Part shown: one piece after another, positions 16,002 through 25,638 of the stretch | How positions within the stretch are numbered: the first letter of the stretch is position 1 | How the letters are laid out: every line of letters starts with the position of its first letter | Assembly: GCA_002452695.1 (NCBI GenBank) | Contig: DKFA01000112.1 | Location: 50,832 to 99,692 of the forward strand | Direction: 5' to 3' | Length of the DNA: 48,861 nt | Source: Dehalococcoidia bacterium UBA6808 | GTDB taxonomy: Bacteria; Chloroflexota; Dehalococcoidia; GIF9; UBA5629 | Notes under the pieces: generated by a model | What the model was told of the DNA's origin: nothing | The model's input: the letters and a program-made list of their open reading frames with translations, nothing else | Database searches by the model: none | Translations under genes and position numbers: made by a program

Positions 16002-17318
16002 TTATTGCAGGTACTTCTTACGGATATAATCATTGTCCTGACCGATAGCGCACCTGACCCATTTTACGCGCGGTGGTGACTCCGACATCTTTATAAAGTT
16101 CACCGGCAGCTTGACTTTGCCGATGCCCGACTCATCGAATTCCTTGAAAGAGTTGCGCACTGCCCAGTGCGGGTTCTGCATGGTAGTGCTCGGGTTCTGG
16201 ACTTTCATGATGATCGGCACGCCGCCGCCGCGCCATTTTGAACGGGCGGACTTGATGCTGTAGTCCAGCGCCATCTTGACAAGCTCATCGGAAGTATACT
16301 TCTTCGTCTCATTACCGATCAGGCCATACAGCTCTTCCACTAAGGTTAGCATGTCTGGTATCCGGTCAAACGTGAAACGCCAGTCGTCCTCGTGCTTCCA
16401 TATCTTGAGTATCTTGAGCAGCGCTCTGAAATCATGGTCCCTTGAGGCTGCAATTGCCACCATGCCGTCCCTGCTTTTCCAGAATCCATAGGGGTACAGG
16501 CAGAAATCATGTATACCGATCCTGGGCCTGGCTTTATCCCAGGTAAAAGCAACCATCACCGGATATCCCACCAGCGAGGAATATGCATCGGCAGTGGCTA
16601 CGTCAACCATCTGCCCCTCGCCTGTTGCGCGGGCGTAATAGCGGGCGATTGCGCCACCCTGCGCCGCAAGTATTCCGCTGGTATGCCAGCCCAGCCAAAC
16701 TCCGGCTCTCAGAGGCCAGTTGTACGGCTCCTCCGCCGTGGCTACATCTCCGATATTGGCTGCCGCTCCGGATACAGCCTGCGCCGTAATATCCGAATCC
16801 GGTACATCGATCATCTCCTGCGCCTTTTTACCATATTGCCCATAGCTGCTGATGGCAATATAGACCAGGCCGGGATTCAGTTCACTCAGTTGCCTGTAGC
16901 CGATTCCCCAGGCATCCATCTGCCCCGGTTCGTAAGTATCAATCACTACATGAGCCTTCCTGGCAAGCTTTTTAAAATCCTCGCGGTCGCTTTCCTTGCG
17001 AAGATCCAGCGTAATATAGCGTTTATTGCGCGCTTCCATGATAAAAGGAACACCGGTGCCGTTGCGATTTACGCCATAGTGAGTTATCTTTCGTGACGGA
17101 TCACCTTCCGGAGGCTCTATTTTGATTACTTCTGCGCCGAACTCGGCGTAAATGCTCGAGCAGATATCCCCGCTCATATTGGCATAGCTGGCATCGAGTA
17201 TAACGTCGTCATCAAGAACCTCAGGTTTACCATCAGGGCTCATCATGGATTTAAGAAATATCTCGCGTTCTTTGCGGCTTCCGCCGTATCTGACCAGAAT
17301 CTGTTCTTTTTCGCTCAT
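16002..17318 (-). CDS. Family III CoA-transferase (CaiB/BaiF family), paralogue B
   Basis: 438 aa with DASYANMSGDICSSIYAEFGAEVIKIEPPEGDPSR (the family N-terminal Rossmann block) and DITAQAVSG, which retains the catalytic-Asp block. Confidence 0.85.
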   Translation of the reverse strand: MSEKEQILVRYGGSRKEREIFLKSMMSPDGKPEVLDDDVILDASYANMSGDICSSIYAEFGAEVIKIEPPEGDPSRKITHYGVNRNGTGVPFIMEARNKRYITLDLRKESDREDFKKLARKAHVVIDTYEPGQMDAWGIGYRQLSELNPGLVYIAISSYGQYGKKAQEMIDVPDSDITAQAVSGAAANIGDVATAEEPYNWPLRAGVWLGWHTSGILAAQGGAIARYYARATGEGQMVDVATADAYSSLVGYPVMVAFTWDKARPRIGIHDFCLYPYGFWKSRDGMVAIAASRDHDFRALLKILKIWKHEDDWRFTFDRIPDMLTLVEELYGLIGNETKKYTSDELVKMALDYSIKSARSKWRGGGVPIIMKVQNPSTTMQNPHWAVRNSFKEFDESGIGKVKLPVNFIKMSESPPRVKWVRCAIGQDNDYIRKKYLQ

Positions 17319-17332
17319 ATATTTACCCTAAT

Positions 17333-18673
17333 TCATTCTCCCCTGTAATTAAACATGGGATCACTTTTAATATCGTAATATACCGGTGGTTTGATGCCGG
17401 GTTTGTCGTCCCAGTAACCCACAACTCTTTCTTTTTCAAGTTGCCTGATTTCCTCGTCCGAGTAACCCAGCAACTTTTTCAGGATATAACGGTTGTGGTA
17501 TCCCAGCGGCCTGGCCAGCCATTTTATCCTCCCGGGGGTCTTGCTAAGCATGTCATGCGGCCCGGGCATCAGCAGGCGCTGATAGATATCGTCCGTAACC
17601 ATTACCACGCTGCCCCTTTCCCTACGCCACTCATCATTGGCGATATCATAGTCATCTTCGACCTGGGCAATGGCAAAATGGTGCTTTTTGGCCAGCTCAA
17701 CCAGGTTATCCACGGTACTCTCCGCAACCCATTTTTTGGCCGTCTCATAAAGCTCTTTAGCATTCTCAGGTTTAAGCCTTTCGAATGTATCAGTATACTT
17801 ATTCGCCAGATCGGGATGCCCCATGGCTTGGCAGACGCCTTTATACTGCTCATCTGTAGCGGCGGCAACAGCCACAAATTTCCCTTCGCTGGATTTAAAG
17901 ATGCCGGAGGGCGCCATGGTTGGATCGGTGTTGCCTGCACGCCCCAGCTCCTCACCCGTAATGCTTTCATAGGTAAAGTTGGGCATAATCCTCATCAGGG
18001 CTTCGGTCTGGGCCAGATCGATATACTGCCCCTTGCCTGTCTTCTTGCGGTAGTTAAGCGCCATGATAACCGCCAGGGCGCCGATATTGCCGGGCAGGAA
18101 ATCGCCTACATAGTCAGGCAGCTTGTAGTATTTATCGGTGCCGGGATAGCCTGTCAGGGAGATCGCTCCCGAAGCCGCCTGCGCCAGCAAGTCCCAGCCT
18201 GGGAAAAAGCGCATAGGGCCATACTGGCCATAGGTTGCGCAGCTCAGGTAAATGATGCCGGGATTGATCTTGCTCAACTGGCTGTAGCCGATGCCCCATG
18301 TTTCAGCCGTGCCGGAGGCGAAGTTCTCCATCACTACGTCGGCATTCTGGGCCAGCTTGTAAATGATCTCTTTGGCCTTGGGCAGTTTCAGGTTGAGGGA
18401 GAAGAAATACTTGCCGTACTGCACAAAGTGAAAACAGATGCTGGAATGTCTCCAAAAACTGCCCCACAGAACGCCGAAGCGCCAGAGGTCGCCCGTCCAG
18501 GGCAATTCAAACTTGATAACTTCGGCGCCGTACGATCCAAGCACTTTGGCCGCAGTCGGCCCATAAATCACGTGGGTAAAATCAAGCACACGAAGGCCTT
18601 TAAAAACTTCCGGTTTTTCCTTGACCTGTGAAGGATCGAACAGTTTTTTCGTATAGTCAAAATAATTTTCCAT
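17333..18673 (-). CDS. Family III CoA-transferase (CaiB/BaiF family), paralogue A
   Basis: 446 aa with LRVLDFTHVIYGPTAAKVLGSYGAEVIKFE and GWDLLAQAASGAISLTG (catalytic Asp block). Confidence 0.87.
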   Translation of the reverse strand: MENYFDYTKKLFDPSQVKEKPEVFKGLRVLDFTHVIYGPTAAKVLGSYGAEVIKFELPWTGDLWRFGVLWGSFWRHSSICFHFVQYGKYFFSLNLKLPKAKEIIYKLAQNADVVMENFASGTAETWGIGYSQLSKINPGIIYLSCATYGQYGPMRFFPGWDLLAQAASGAISLTGYPGTDKYYKLPDYVGDFLPGNIGALAVIMALNYRKKTGKGQYIDLAQTEALMRIMPNFTYESITGEELGRAGNTDPTMAPSGIFKSSEGKFVAVAAATDEQYKGVCQAMGHPDLANKYTDTFERLKPENAKELYETAKKWVAESTVDNLVELAKKHHFAIAQVEDDYDIANDEWRRERGSVVMVTDDIYQRLLMPGPHDMLSKTPGRIKWLARPLGYHNRYILKKLLGYSDEEIRQLEKERVVGYWDDKPGIKPPVYYDIKSDPMFNYRGE

Positions 18674-18676
18674 ATT

Positions 18677-19381
18677 CTAAATCCCCAGGTATGCTTTCTT
18701 TACTGCATCGCTGTTGAGCAACACATCGCTTCTATCCGACAGCACGATCTTGCCGTTTTCCATGATGTAGCCGCGATTGGCTATCATCAGCGCCTGCCGC
18801 GCATTTTGCTCAGACAGTATGATAGTGATTTTCTCATCCTTCAGTTTGGCCAGCGTTTCATAGACAATTTCCAATACCTTGGGCGCAAGACCAAGAGAAG
18901 GCTCATCGACCATCAATAATTTAGGATTGGACATCAGGCCGCGGCCGATCACCAGCATCTGCTGTTCGCCGCCGCTTAATGTGCCGGCCGACTGGGTTTT
19001 CCTTTCCAGCAAGATGGGGAACATGTTGTAAACACGCACCAGCGTCTTCTTTCTGAATTTCCAGGCGGATGTATTATATGAACCCACCAGCAGGTTGTCC
19101 TCTACACTCATATAGGGGAAAATCCTGCGCGCTTCAGGCACCTGGGCAATGCCGCGTTTCACGATCTCGTGAGGCGGCAGCTTTTCGATCTTCTTACCCT
19201 CGAACAGTATCTCGCCCCTGGTGGGTTTGATCATGCCCAGGATTGTATTGATCAGGGTCGATTTGCCCGCTCCGTTGGAACCGAGCAGGGCTACCGTCTC
19301 GCGGTTATCTACCTTAAGGCTAACACCATAGAGTACCGGGGTAATACCATAAGCTACATATAAATCTTTTACTTCAAACAT
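18677..19381 (-). CDS. ABC transporter ATP-binding protein, LivF-like
   Basis: Walker A GSNGAGKST, signature LSGGEQQML and Walker B LLMVDEPS. It overlaps the upstream ATPase gene by 8 nt. Confidence 0.92.
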   Translation of the reverse strand: MFEVKDLYVAYGITPVLYGVSLKVDNRETVALLGSNGAGKSTLINTILGMIKPTRGEILFEGKKIEKLPPHEIVKRGIAQVPEARRIFPYMSVEDNLLVGSYNTSAWKFRKKTLVRVYNMFPILLERKTQSAGTLSGGEQQMLVIGRGLMSNPKLLMVDEPSLGLAPKVLEIVYETLAKLKDEKITIILSEQNARQALMIANRGYIMENGKIVLSDRSDVLLNSDAVKKAYLGI

Positions 19382-20111
19382 GGCACGATCCTAAGTAGCA
19401 TTCGATCACGAGCGGGTCATTGGCAATTTCCTGCGGCAGACCCTCGGCAATCTTTTTGCCGTAATGCAGCACTACGACCCTGTTGGCTGCTTTCATCAGC
19501 GCCGCCATCACGTGCTCGATCCAGAGTATGGTGACGCCAAACTCTTCCTTGGCACGCTCCAGCAGCCTGACTGCTTTCGTTGCTTCAGCCGGGTTCAATC
19601 CGGCCATGACCTCATCGACAAAGATCAGTTTAGGGGTTGTCGCCAGCGCCCTGGCCAGCTCCAGACCGCGCAGTTCATACAATGTCAGATCCTTGCACAA
19701 CACGTTGCGCTTGCTGAACAGGCCGCAGAACTCCAGGTAATGGGTGGCTTCATAGCCCGCATCATCAAGGCTCTGGTTACTGCGGTCTTTGCCATAAAGA
19801 GCGCTGACAATGACGCTCGAAAGGGCCGTTAGTTCGGGGAAAGGACGCGGTATCTGGTAAGTACGGCTGATGCCCAGTTTGCACCTCTTGTAAGGCGCCA
19901 TCCTGGTGATATCCTTGCCCATGAACTGTATACTGCCGGTATCTGTAAAATATTTACCTGTGATCAGGTTGACTAACGTAGTCTTGCCGGCGCCGTTGGG
20001 CCCCATCAGACCCAGCGTCTCGCCTTCGTAGATGGAGAAGCTGACATCATCAATGGCCATCAGGCCGCCGAAATGCTTGGAAAGATTACTTGCTTTCAAT
20101 ATCTCGTTCAC
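19374..20111 (-). CDS. ABC transporter ATP-binding protein, LivG-like
   Basis: Walker A GPNGAGKTT, Walker B LIFVDEVMAGL and a C-terminal LivG-type extension. Confidence 0.92.
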   Translation of the reverse strand: MNEILKASNLSKHFGGLMAIDDVSFSIYEGETLGLMGPNGAGKTTLVNLITGKYFTDTGSIQFMGKDITRMAPYKRCKLGISRTYQIPRPFPELTALSSVIVSALYGKDRSNQSLDDAGYEATHYLEFCGLFSKRNVLCKDLTLYELRGLELARALATTPKLIFVDEVMAGLNPAEATKAVRLLERAKEEFGVTILWIEHVMAALMKAANRVVVLHYGKKIAEGLPQEIANDPLVIECYLGSCHV

Positions 20112-20115
20112 TTAA

Positions 20116-21153
20116 CTATCTCCTCACATGCAGGGTCGGAAGGTATTCCCGGTAGTGGCGCTTCCTGTAAAGGCCGAACAGGCCTTCCGGCAGTGTGAGC
20201 AACAGTATCAGCAGGATGATGGGGAACAAAACCGGCGAGTAATCGCCTATCACCTGGATGAGCAGAAGTTCCAGGAAGGCGATAAAGTAACCGCCGACCA
20301 CGTTACCGTATATCTGCACGCGGCCGCCGATCATGTTTACCATTAGCACTTTCAACATGAAGGTCAGCGGCAGATAAGTGACACCGGCAAAAGTGCCGTA
20401 GTAATGCGCATAGAACCATCCGACAACTGCGATCATTACCGCCGGGATGGTGAAACTGATGATTTTCATCTTATTGACATTCACACCCATCGCTGCCGCG
20501 ACCTCCTCATCGTCATTGATCGCAGCCAGCGAAGTGGAGAACCTGGAGCGCATGACCTTGTCCACGATAAACATGTACAGCAGCATCATTAGCAGGGCGC
20601 CAAGGCCGATAATCAGCTGGTTGAGCGTGAATGATCCCACGTTGATCAGAGGCGCAATGCCGGACAGGCCGACCTCACCCCTGAATATATCCGTGTAGAT
20701 AAATGTGATCTCCAGGAAGACCAGCGGGAAAAGCAGTGTCAGCAATGTGTAATAAAGACCGCCGGAGAGGATGGCCAGCGGGCTCATTAACAACCCGAAG
20801 AACAGCCCGACAATCAGCGCCGCAAGTAGCGTTACCTGGGGCGGCCAGTGTAGATGAATGCTGCAAAGTGCAGCAGCGTAGCCGCCGGCGCCGATATAAA
20901 ACTGCGGCCCGAAATTCATGCGGCCCGTGCCCAGTGTCATCCAACTCAACGGTATGGCTATGGCTGCCAGCAGGTTGGCATCAATCAATGTCGGCAGCAG
21001 TGTAGGGTAAAAGAAATATGCCAGTATCGGCAACACAATCAATAGCCCGACATAAATTAACGGGTTGCGCCAGTAGCGGGGTTCGATATTCCATTCAAAT
21101 TTTTGTGCGCCAAACCTGAACACCAGTTTTTCGCGTTTTACTTCTAATTCCAT
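20116..21153 (-). CDS. ABC transporter permease, LivM-like
   Basis: 345-aa polytopic membrane protein, 4 nt from each neighbouring gene. It occupies the position and has the architecture of LivM. Confidence 0.85.
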   Translation of the reverse strand: MELEVKREKLVFRFGAQKFEWNIEPRYWRNPLIYVGLLIVLPILAYFFYPTLLPTLIDANLLAAIAIPLSWMTLGTGRMNFGPQFYIGAGGYAAALCSIHLHWPPQVTLLAALIVGLFFGLLMSPLAILSGGLYYTLLTLLFPLVFLEITFIYTDIFRGEVGLSGIAPLINVGSFTLNQLIIGLGALLMMLLYMFIVDKVMRSRFSTSLAAINDDEEVAAAMGVNVNKMKIISFTIPAVMIAVVGWFYAHYYGTFAGVTYLPLTFMLKVLMVNMIGGRVQIYGNVVGGYFIAFLELLLIQVIGDYSPVLFPIILLILLLTLPEGLFGLYRKRHYREYLPTLHVRR

Positions 21154-21157
21154 CGTT

Positions 21158-22033
21158 TCACCACAAGCTTTCCGTCTTGGCGATACCCTGCGGCCTGACC
21201 ATTAACATGACTACGACCACGGCCAGACCAGCAAGGTTCATCAGACGAGGTTCATTCAGCGTGAAGGAGGCTACGGCGTGCGTAAAACCTATTATATAAC
21301 TGGCAATAATCGTGCCCCGGATATTGCCCAGACCTCCCATCACCGAGATCAGGATAGCCGTTATCATGTAACCCCACCCCATACTTGGGTCCACCGCCCA
21401 GACTGGCGCGATCAACAACATGGCGATAATCACAGGAATCACGACGAGGATCATAATGAACATGTAGATGCTCTCGACTTCAATGCCCATGATCTTGGCG
21501 GCGTCGGTATCAAACGAAATGGCCCTCACCGCCAGCCCTGTCTTCGTTTTAAGGAAGAACAGGATAAACAGAACCGTCACTACGATACCGACCGCTGCGG
21601 CAATAATCATCTGAATCGGGATAGTGGTTGCCCCGATCTCGACATTGCCGGGGATGATCGTGGTGGGAAGGAAGACCGCGGTCTGGATCGGATACCATTC
21701 GAGGGCTGCCTGCTCTGCGATCATAGCGATCAGCAACAGGCCCGTGATGATCTTCTCTTCCATTTCCAGATATCTGGCTACTATCCCTTTATATATCAGG
21801 ATTGAGATCACCGCCTGCACAATCACCATCAGCGTGATAGATAACCAGAGCGGCAACCCCAGGGTATGGAAAAACAACCAGGTCAAGTAGATGGTGGCTA
21901 CGAATATGTATGCGTAGCCAAGATGGAAAATGCGCAGGACGCCACAGATGAGAGAAAAGCCAAGTGAAACGAGCAGGTACAGGGAACCGAGCAACACAGT
22001 GTAGATAAGCGTAGTCTCAATAGTTGTCAGCAC
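21158..22033 (-). CDS. ABC transporter permease, LivH-like
   Basis: 291-aa polytopic membrane protein with a GTG start preceded by GAAAGG. It is the first gene of the operon. Confidence 0.85.
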   Translation of the reverse strand: MLTTIETTLIYTVLLGSLYLLVSLGFSLICGVLRIFHLGYAYIFVATIYLTWLFFHTLGLPLWLSITLMVIVQAVISILIYKGIVARYLEMEEKIITGLLLIAMIAEQAALEWYPIQTAVFLPTTIIPGNVEIGATTIPIQMIIAAAVGIVVTVLFILFFLKTKTGLAVRAISFDTDAAKIMGIEVESIYMFIMILVVIPVIIAMLLIAPVWAVDPSMGWGYMITAILISVMGGLGNIRGTIIASYIIGFTHAVASFTLNEPRLMNLAGLAVVVVMLMVRPQGIAKTESLW

Positions 22034-22083
22034 GTTCTACCTTTCTCTATTTTATTTTTTCCTCCCGTCAAACACCGAAGCAA

Positions 22084-22112
22084 ATAGTAACAGGAAATTA
22101 TCAGGCTGTCAA
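22084..22112 (-). promoter_or_regulatory. Promoter for the ABC/CoA-transferase operon: TTGACA, 17 nt, TACTAT (minus strand)
   Basis: The reverse complement gives TTGACA from 22107-22112 and TACTAT from 22084-22089. Confidence 0.55.
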
Positions 22113-22158
22113 TACATCGTATGCAAATAAACGAATATGTTACTTAGTAGTGTCTATA

Positions 22159-22188
22159 TTGACTTTTCACCCTGCAACGCATTACTAT
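22159..22188 (+). promoter_or_regulatory. Divergent promoter for the glmM cluster: TTGACT, 18 nt, TACTAT
   Basis: TTGACT at 22159-22164 and TACTAT at 22183-22188, about 27 nt before ATG 22215. Confidence 0.5.
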
Positions 22189-22214
22189 CAGGTAAAAATT
22201 TTCTTGTTCGCAAC

Positions 22215-23585
22215 ATGAGTATGATAAACAAACGGTTGTTTGGCACCAGCGGCATACGTGGGGTAGTAAACCGTGACCTGACCCCTTCGTTATGCAGTGA
22301 CATAGGCAGGGCATTGGGCACTATGCTGCCGGCTGGATCATCTGTATGTATGGGGACTGATTCACGGTTGAGCCGCGAAATGGTCAAGCAGGCGGTATCG
22401 GACGGATTGATTGACGCGGGCATCAATGTGGCACATCTCGGTATTGTCCCCACACCGGCCCTGGCCCTGCTGACCAGGGAAATCGGTTTCGATGCCGGGG
22501 TGATGATCACGGCCTCGCATAACCCGCCTGAATACAACGGGATCAAACTGTTTAACAGGGACGGCATCGGGTACAGCAGGGACCAGGAAGAGGTCCTGGA
22601 AAACATCTATTACGAGGGAAAATTCAGAATCAGCAAAACAGGCGCCGCTGAAACGCTCATGCGCGCCCGGCTGAGATATATGGAAGCCATCAAGCCGCTG
22701 ATCAAGGATTTCAAATTTAACACCGATCTGAAGCTCCTCGTAGACCCCGGCGGCGGGGCGGCTGCCGGCTTCGCCAGCTATATTTTGGAGAGCCTCGGTT
22801 TCAAGGTTATATCGTTTAACGATGTGCCTGACGGGCGTTTCCCCGGGCGCAATCCGGAACCCCGTGAAGACACTCTCCTGGAAACAATGCGCTTCCTGCG
22901 GCAGAAGAATGCGGACCTGGCTGTCTGTTTCGACGGCGATGCCGACCGCGTCGTTTTCTGTGACCAGACTGGATTTCTCGGCTTTAATGAAATGCTGGCC
23001 TACATTTCGCGCCTGGTCGTTAAAATGACCGGCCGTAAAACGGTCGCCGCCACTGTTGAAACCGGTATCCTGCTCGATTGCGCCATAGAAGACCTCGGAG
23101 CCAGTGTGATTCGCGGTAAGGTCGGTGATGTTTATACCGCCTATCTGGCACGCGATAACAACTCCGCGCTCGGGGTTGAGCCGGCCGGAGTATACATCAT
23201 ACCGGAAGCAGGCTACTATCCCGACAGCATCTACGCAACTTTATTACTCCTTTCCTCTCTCAGCAATGTTGCTGAGATCAGGCAGTTTTTCAGGACATTG
23301 CCTCCGCTTTTTTTCAGCAAGGACAGGGTGGATTGCCCTGATGACCGTAAACAAGCGGTGATGGAAAAAATAAGGCAAAAGGCAGCCTTTCTCAAACCGG
23401 TTGCCATTAATGACCTGGACGGCCTCAGGCTGGAGTTCGGGGGATCCTGGATGTTAATCAGGGCATCCGGCACAGAGCCCGTCATAAGAATAATGGCAGA
23501 ATCGAAATCACAGGTTTATACGCATGACCTGCTGACTGGCGGTGTCGCGATTGTGCGTGATTCGATCAAAGAGGTAGGCGCTTGA
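22215..23585 (+). CDS. glmM: Phosphoglucosamine mutase / phosphohexomutase (archaeal-type GlmM)
   Basis: LFGTSGIRG, the active-site loop ITASHNPPEYNGIK, FDGDADR, and a C-terminal RASGTEP phosphate-binding loop. I prefer ATG 22215 (MSMINKRLFGTSGIRG) because the track's ATG 22137 lies upstream of the predicted promoter elements. No clear SD is present. Confidence 0.88.
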   Translation: MSMINKRLFGTSGIRGVVNRDLTPSLCSDIGRALGTMLPAGSSVCMGTDSRLSREMVKQAVSDGLIDAGINVAHLGIVPTPALALLTREIGFDAGVMITASHNPPEYNGIKLFNRDGIGYSRDQEEVLENIYYEGKFRISKTGAAETLMRARLRYMEAIKPLIKDFKFNTDLKLLVDPGGGAAAGFASYILESLGFKVISFNDVPDGRFPGRNPEPREDTLLETMRFLRQKNADLAVCFDGDADRVVFCDQTGFLGFNEMLAYISRLVVKMTGRKTVAATVETGILLDCAIEDLGASVIRGKVGDVYTAYLARDNNSALGVEPAGVYIIPEAGYYPDSIYATLLLLSSLSNVAEIRQFFRTLPPLFFSKDRVDCPDDRKQAVMEKIRQKAAFLKPVAINDLDGLRLEFGGSWMLIRASGTEPVIRIMAESKSQVYTHDLLTGGVAIVRDSIKEVGA

Positions 23586-24925
23586 AGGTAGTATTCCTGT
23601 GCGGCGGTGTCGGCAAGAGGATGTTCCCCATCACCGAAGACAAGTTCCTCATCAATTTCATGGGGTGTACGCTGCTCGAACGCCAGATTATCCTGGCGCG
23701 CGATGCGGGACTGACTGATTTTGTCATTATCAGCAATCCGGCCAATATCGACCGCATTAAACGGGCCGTTTCTGCTATCAGCGGCGCCAATTTCGCCTTT
23801 ACCATACAGCAGCAGCCCCTGGGAATAGCCGACGCTTTGAAAAGCGCAGCCTCATTACTTGACGAAGCAATACTGGTCGTCAACCCCAACGATGCTTTTG
23901 AGCAGTCCGCTTACAAAGCATTACTGGCTGCCTCAACCAGGGAGAAAGCAGTTTCATACATGCTGGGCTATGAGGTCAATCAGTATTTCCCCGGTGGTTA
24001 CCTGGCTGTTGACAGCCACAATCTCCTTACCCGAATAGTGGAGAAGCCTGCGCCCGGAACAGAACCGGGCAACCTGGTCAACATCCTGCTTCACCTGCAT
24101 ACCGACACGGATAGGCTGTTCAAATATATGGCAGCCGCCAAAACGAACCGTGATGACGTCTACGAATGCGCCATGGACAGAATGGTCAAAGACGGTTACA
24201 GCATTGAGGTAGTACCCTACAGCGGAGCCTGGGCGCCGATCAAATACCCCTGGCACATACTGGATGCTGTTAAACTATTGCTGGACTTAAGCGAACGGAG
24301 TATAGCTCCATCAGTCAGCATCTCTGAACGCGCCACTGTAGCCGGCAAAGTAATTATCGGTGAAAATGTGCGGATACTGGAAAACGCTGTAATACGCGGC
24401 CCGGCTTACATCGGCCCGAACACGATCGTAGGCAACAATGCCTTGATCAGGGAATACAGTCACATAGGCGCCGGCTGCGTGGTCGGTTTTTCTACGGAGA
24501 TCAAAGGATCTTACATAGGCAACAATTGCTGGTTCCACTCCAACTATATCGGCGATTCTATCATTGGCAACAATTGCTCGTTTGGATCCGGCATGGTCAC
24601 AGCAAATTTCCGCTTAGATGAAAAAGAGGTTAAAGTTAAAGTAGGCGGCGATGTGCTTTCCACAGGCAGGGACCATTTCGGCGTCATTATCGGTGATAAT
24701 TGCAAAATGGGCATCAATTCTGGAATACTGCCGGGCCGGCGCGTGGGGCCTAACTCGATCGTGGGTCCGCATGTATGCCTGGATAATGACCTGGGCCCAG
24801 GCCAGATGGCGCTCGGTCGGCAGGAGTATAAGCTTGTCAAACACGGCATCGAGTTGGCTGCAGCAAAAAAAACAGGGACAGAAAAAACACCCCCGGTAAA
24901 TAATGCCTTCAATAGACAGAGATAG
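23582..24925 (+). CDS. Bifunctional sugar-1-phosphate nucleotidylyltransferase / hexapeptide-repeat acetyltransferase (GlmU-like, archaeal architecture)
   Basis: The N-terminus MKVVFLCGGVGKRM carries the GxGxR nucleotidyltransferase loop. The C-terminal half is made of left-handed beta-helix hexapeptide repeats (IGENVRI, IGPNTIV, IGAGCVV, IGNNCWF, IGNNCSF, IGDNCKM). The TTG start overlaps the glmM stop (TTGA). Confidence 0.82.
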   Translation: MKVVFLCGGVGKRMFPITEDKFLINFMGCTLLERQIILARDAGLTDFVIISNPANIDRIKRAVSAISGANFAFTIQQQPLGIADALKSAASLLDEAILVVNPNDAFEQSAYKALLAASTREKAVSYMLGYEVNQYFPGGYLAVDSHNLLTRIVEKPAPGTEPGNLVNILLHLHTDTDRLFKYMAAAKTNRDDVYECAMDRMVKDGYSIEVVPYSGAWAPIKYPWHILDAVKLLLDLSERSIAPSVSISERATVAGKVIIGENVRILENAVIRGPAYIGPNTIVGNNALIREYSHIGAGCVVGFSTEIKGSYIGNNCWFHSNYIGDSIIGNNCSFGSGMVTANFRLDEKEVKVKVGGDVLSTGRDHFGVIIGDNCKMGINSGILPGRRVGPNSIVGPHVCLDNDLGPGQMALGRQEYKLVKHGIELAAAKKTGTEKTPPVNNAFNRQR

Positions 24926-25607
24926 ATTACCCCGTCATGTTGCCATCGTTATGGATGGCAATGGCAGATGGGCTAAAAAGAGACGAAAACCGCGTCTGTA
25001 TGGACATCATCAGGGAGCGCTGCATGTCCGCGATTTCATCGAGATGTTCTCTGTTTACGGAATCCCTTATCTGACGCTATATGCCTTTTCCACCGAAAAC
25101 TGGAACCGCCCCGAAGCTGAGGTACAGGGTATCATGTCGCTCATTTCTGAAAATTTTGATGAGACCATTGAGTTCGCCCGTAACGGCAACATCAGGTTTA
25201 ACCATCTGGGCACGCTCGACCGCCTGCCTCCCGCCATCCAGCAAAAGGCTGCCCAGGCTGTCGAAATGACGCGCAATAACACCGGTTTGACGGTCAATGT
25301 CGCCTTTAATTACGGCGGCAGGAGCGAGATCATACGCGCGGTGCAGAACATCATCAAAGCAGGCATTGCCGCAGGTGACGTCACTGAAGAGTTGTTCTCG
25401 CAGCACCTCTATACCGCAGGCATGCCTGACCCCGACCTGTTTATCCGCACCGGCAATGAATTACGCATCAGCAATCTGCTGATCTGGCAAACGGCCTATA
25501 GCGAGCTCTATTTTACGCCTGTACTCTGGCCTGATTTTGGGAAAAAAGATTTCGAAAAAGCTCTGCAGAACTACAGTAAACGGCAAAGGAGGTTTGGCGG
25601 ACTCTGA
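24903..25607 (+). CDS. uppS: Isoprenyl transferase (undecaprenyl-diphosphate synthase family, cis-prenyltransferase)
   Basis: HVAIVMDGNGRWAKKR, FSTENWNRP and IRTGNELRISNLLIWQTAYSELYF. It overlaps the upstream gene by 23 nt. Confidence 0.93.
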   Translation: MPSIDRDRLPRHVAIVMDGNGRWAKKRRKPRLYGHHQGALHVRDFIEMFSVYGIPYLTLYAFSTENWNRPEAEVQGIMSLISENFDETIEFARNGNIRFNHLGTLDRLPPAIQQKAAQAVEMTRNNTGLTVNVAFNYGGRSEIIRAVQNIIKAGIAAGDVTEELFSQHLYTAGMPDPDLFIRTGNELRISNLLIWQTAYSELYFTPVLWPDFGKKDFEKALQNYSKRQRRFGGL

Positions 25608-25638
25608 AGTTTCGGGCTTACCTTCTTGAAAGGCGCCT

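Noticed and set aside
17441-18631. 396-aa plus-strand ORF, the longest unexplained ORF in the track
   Set aside because: It sits entirely antisense within CoA-transferase paralogue A. The product has no recognisable motif, is Gly/Arg/Gln/Ile-rich, and has no SD or promoter. Long open antisense frames are expected opposite genes with strong RNY-type codon bias.
22024-22218. 64-aa plus-strand ORF in the divergent livH-like/glmM promoter region
   Set aside because: This AT-rich region is better explained by two back-to-back promoters, and the ORF has no SD.
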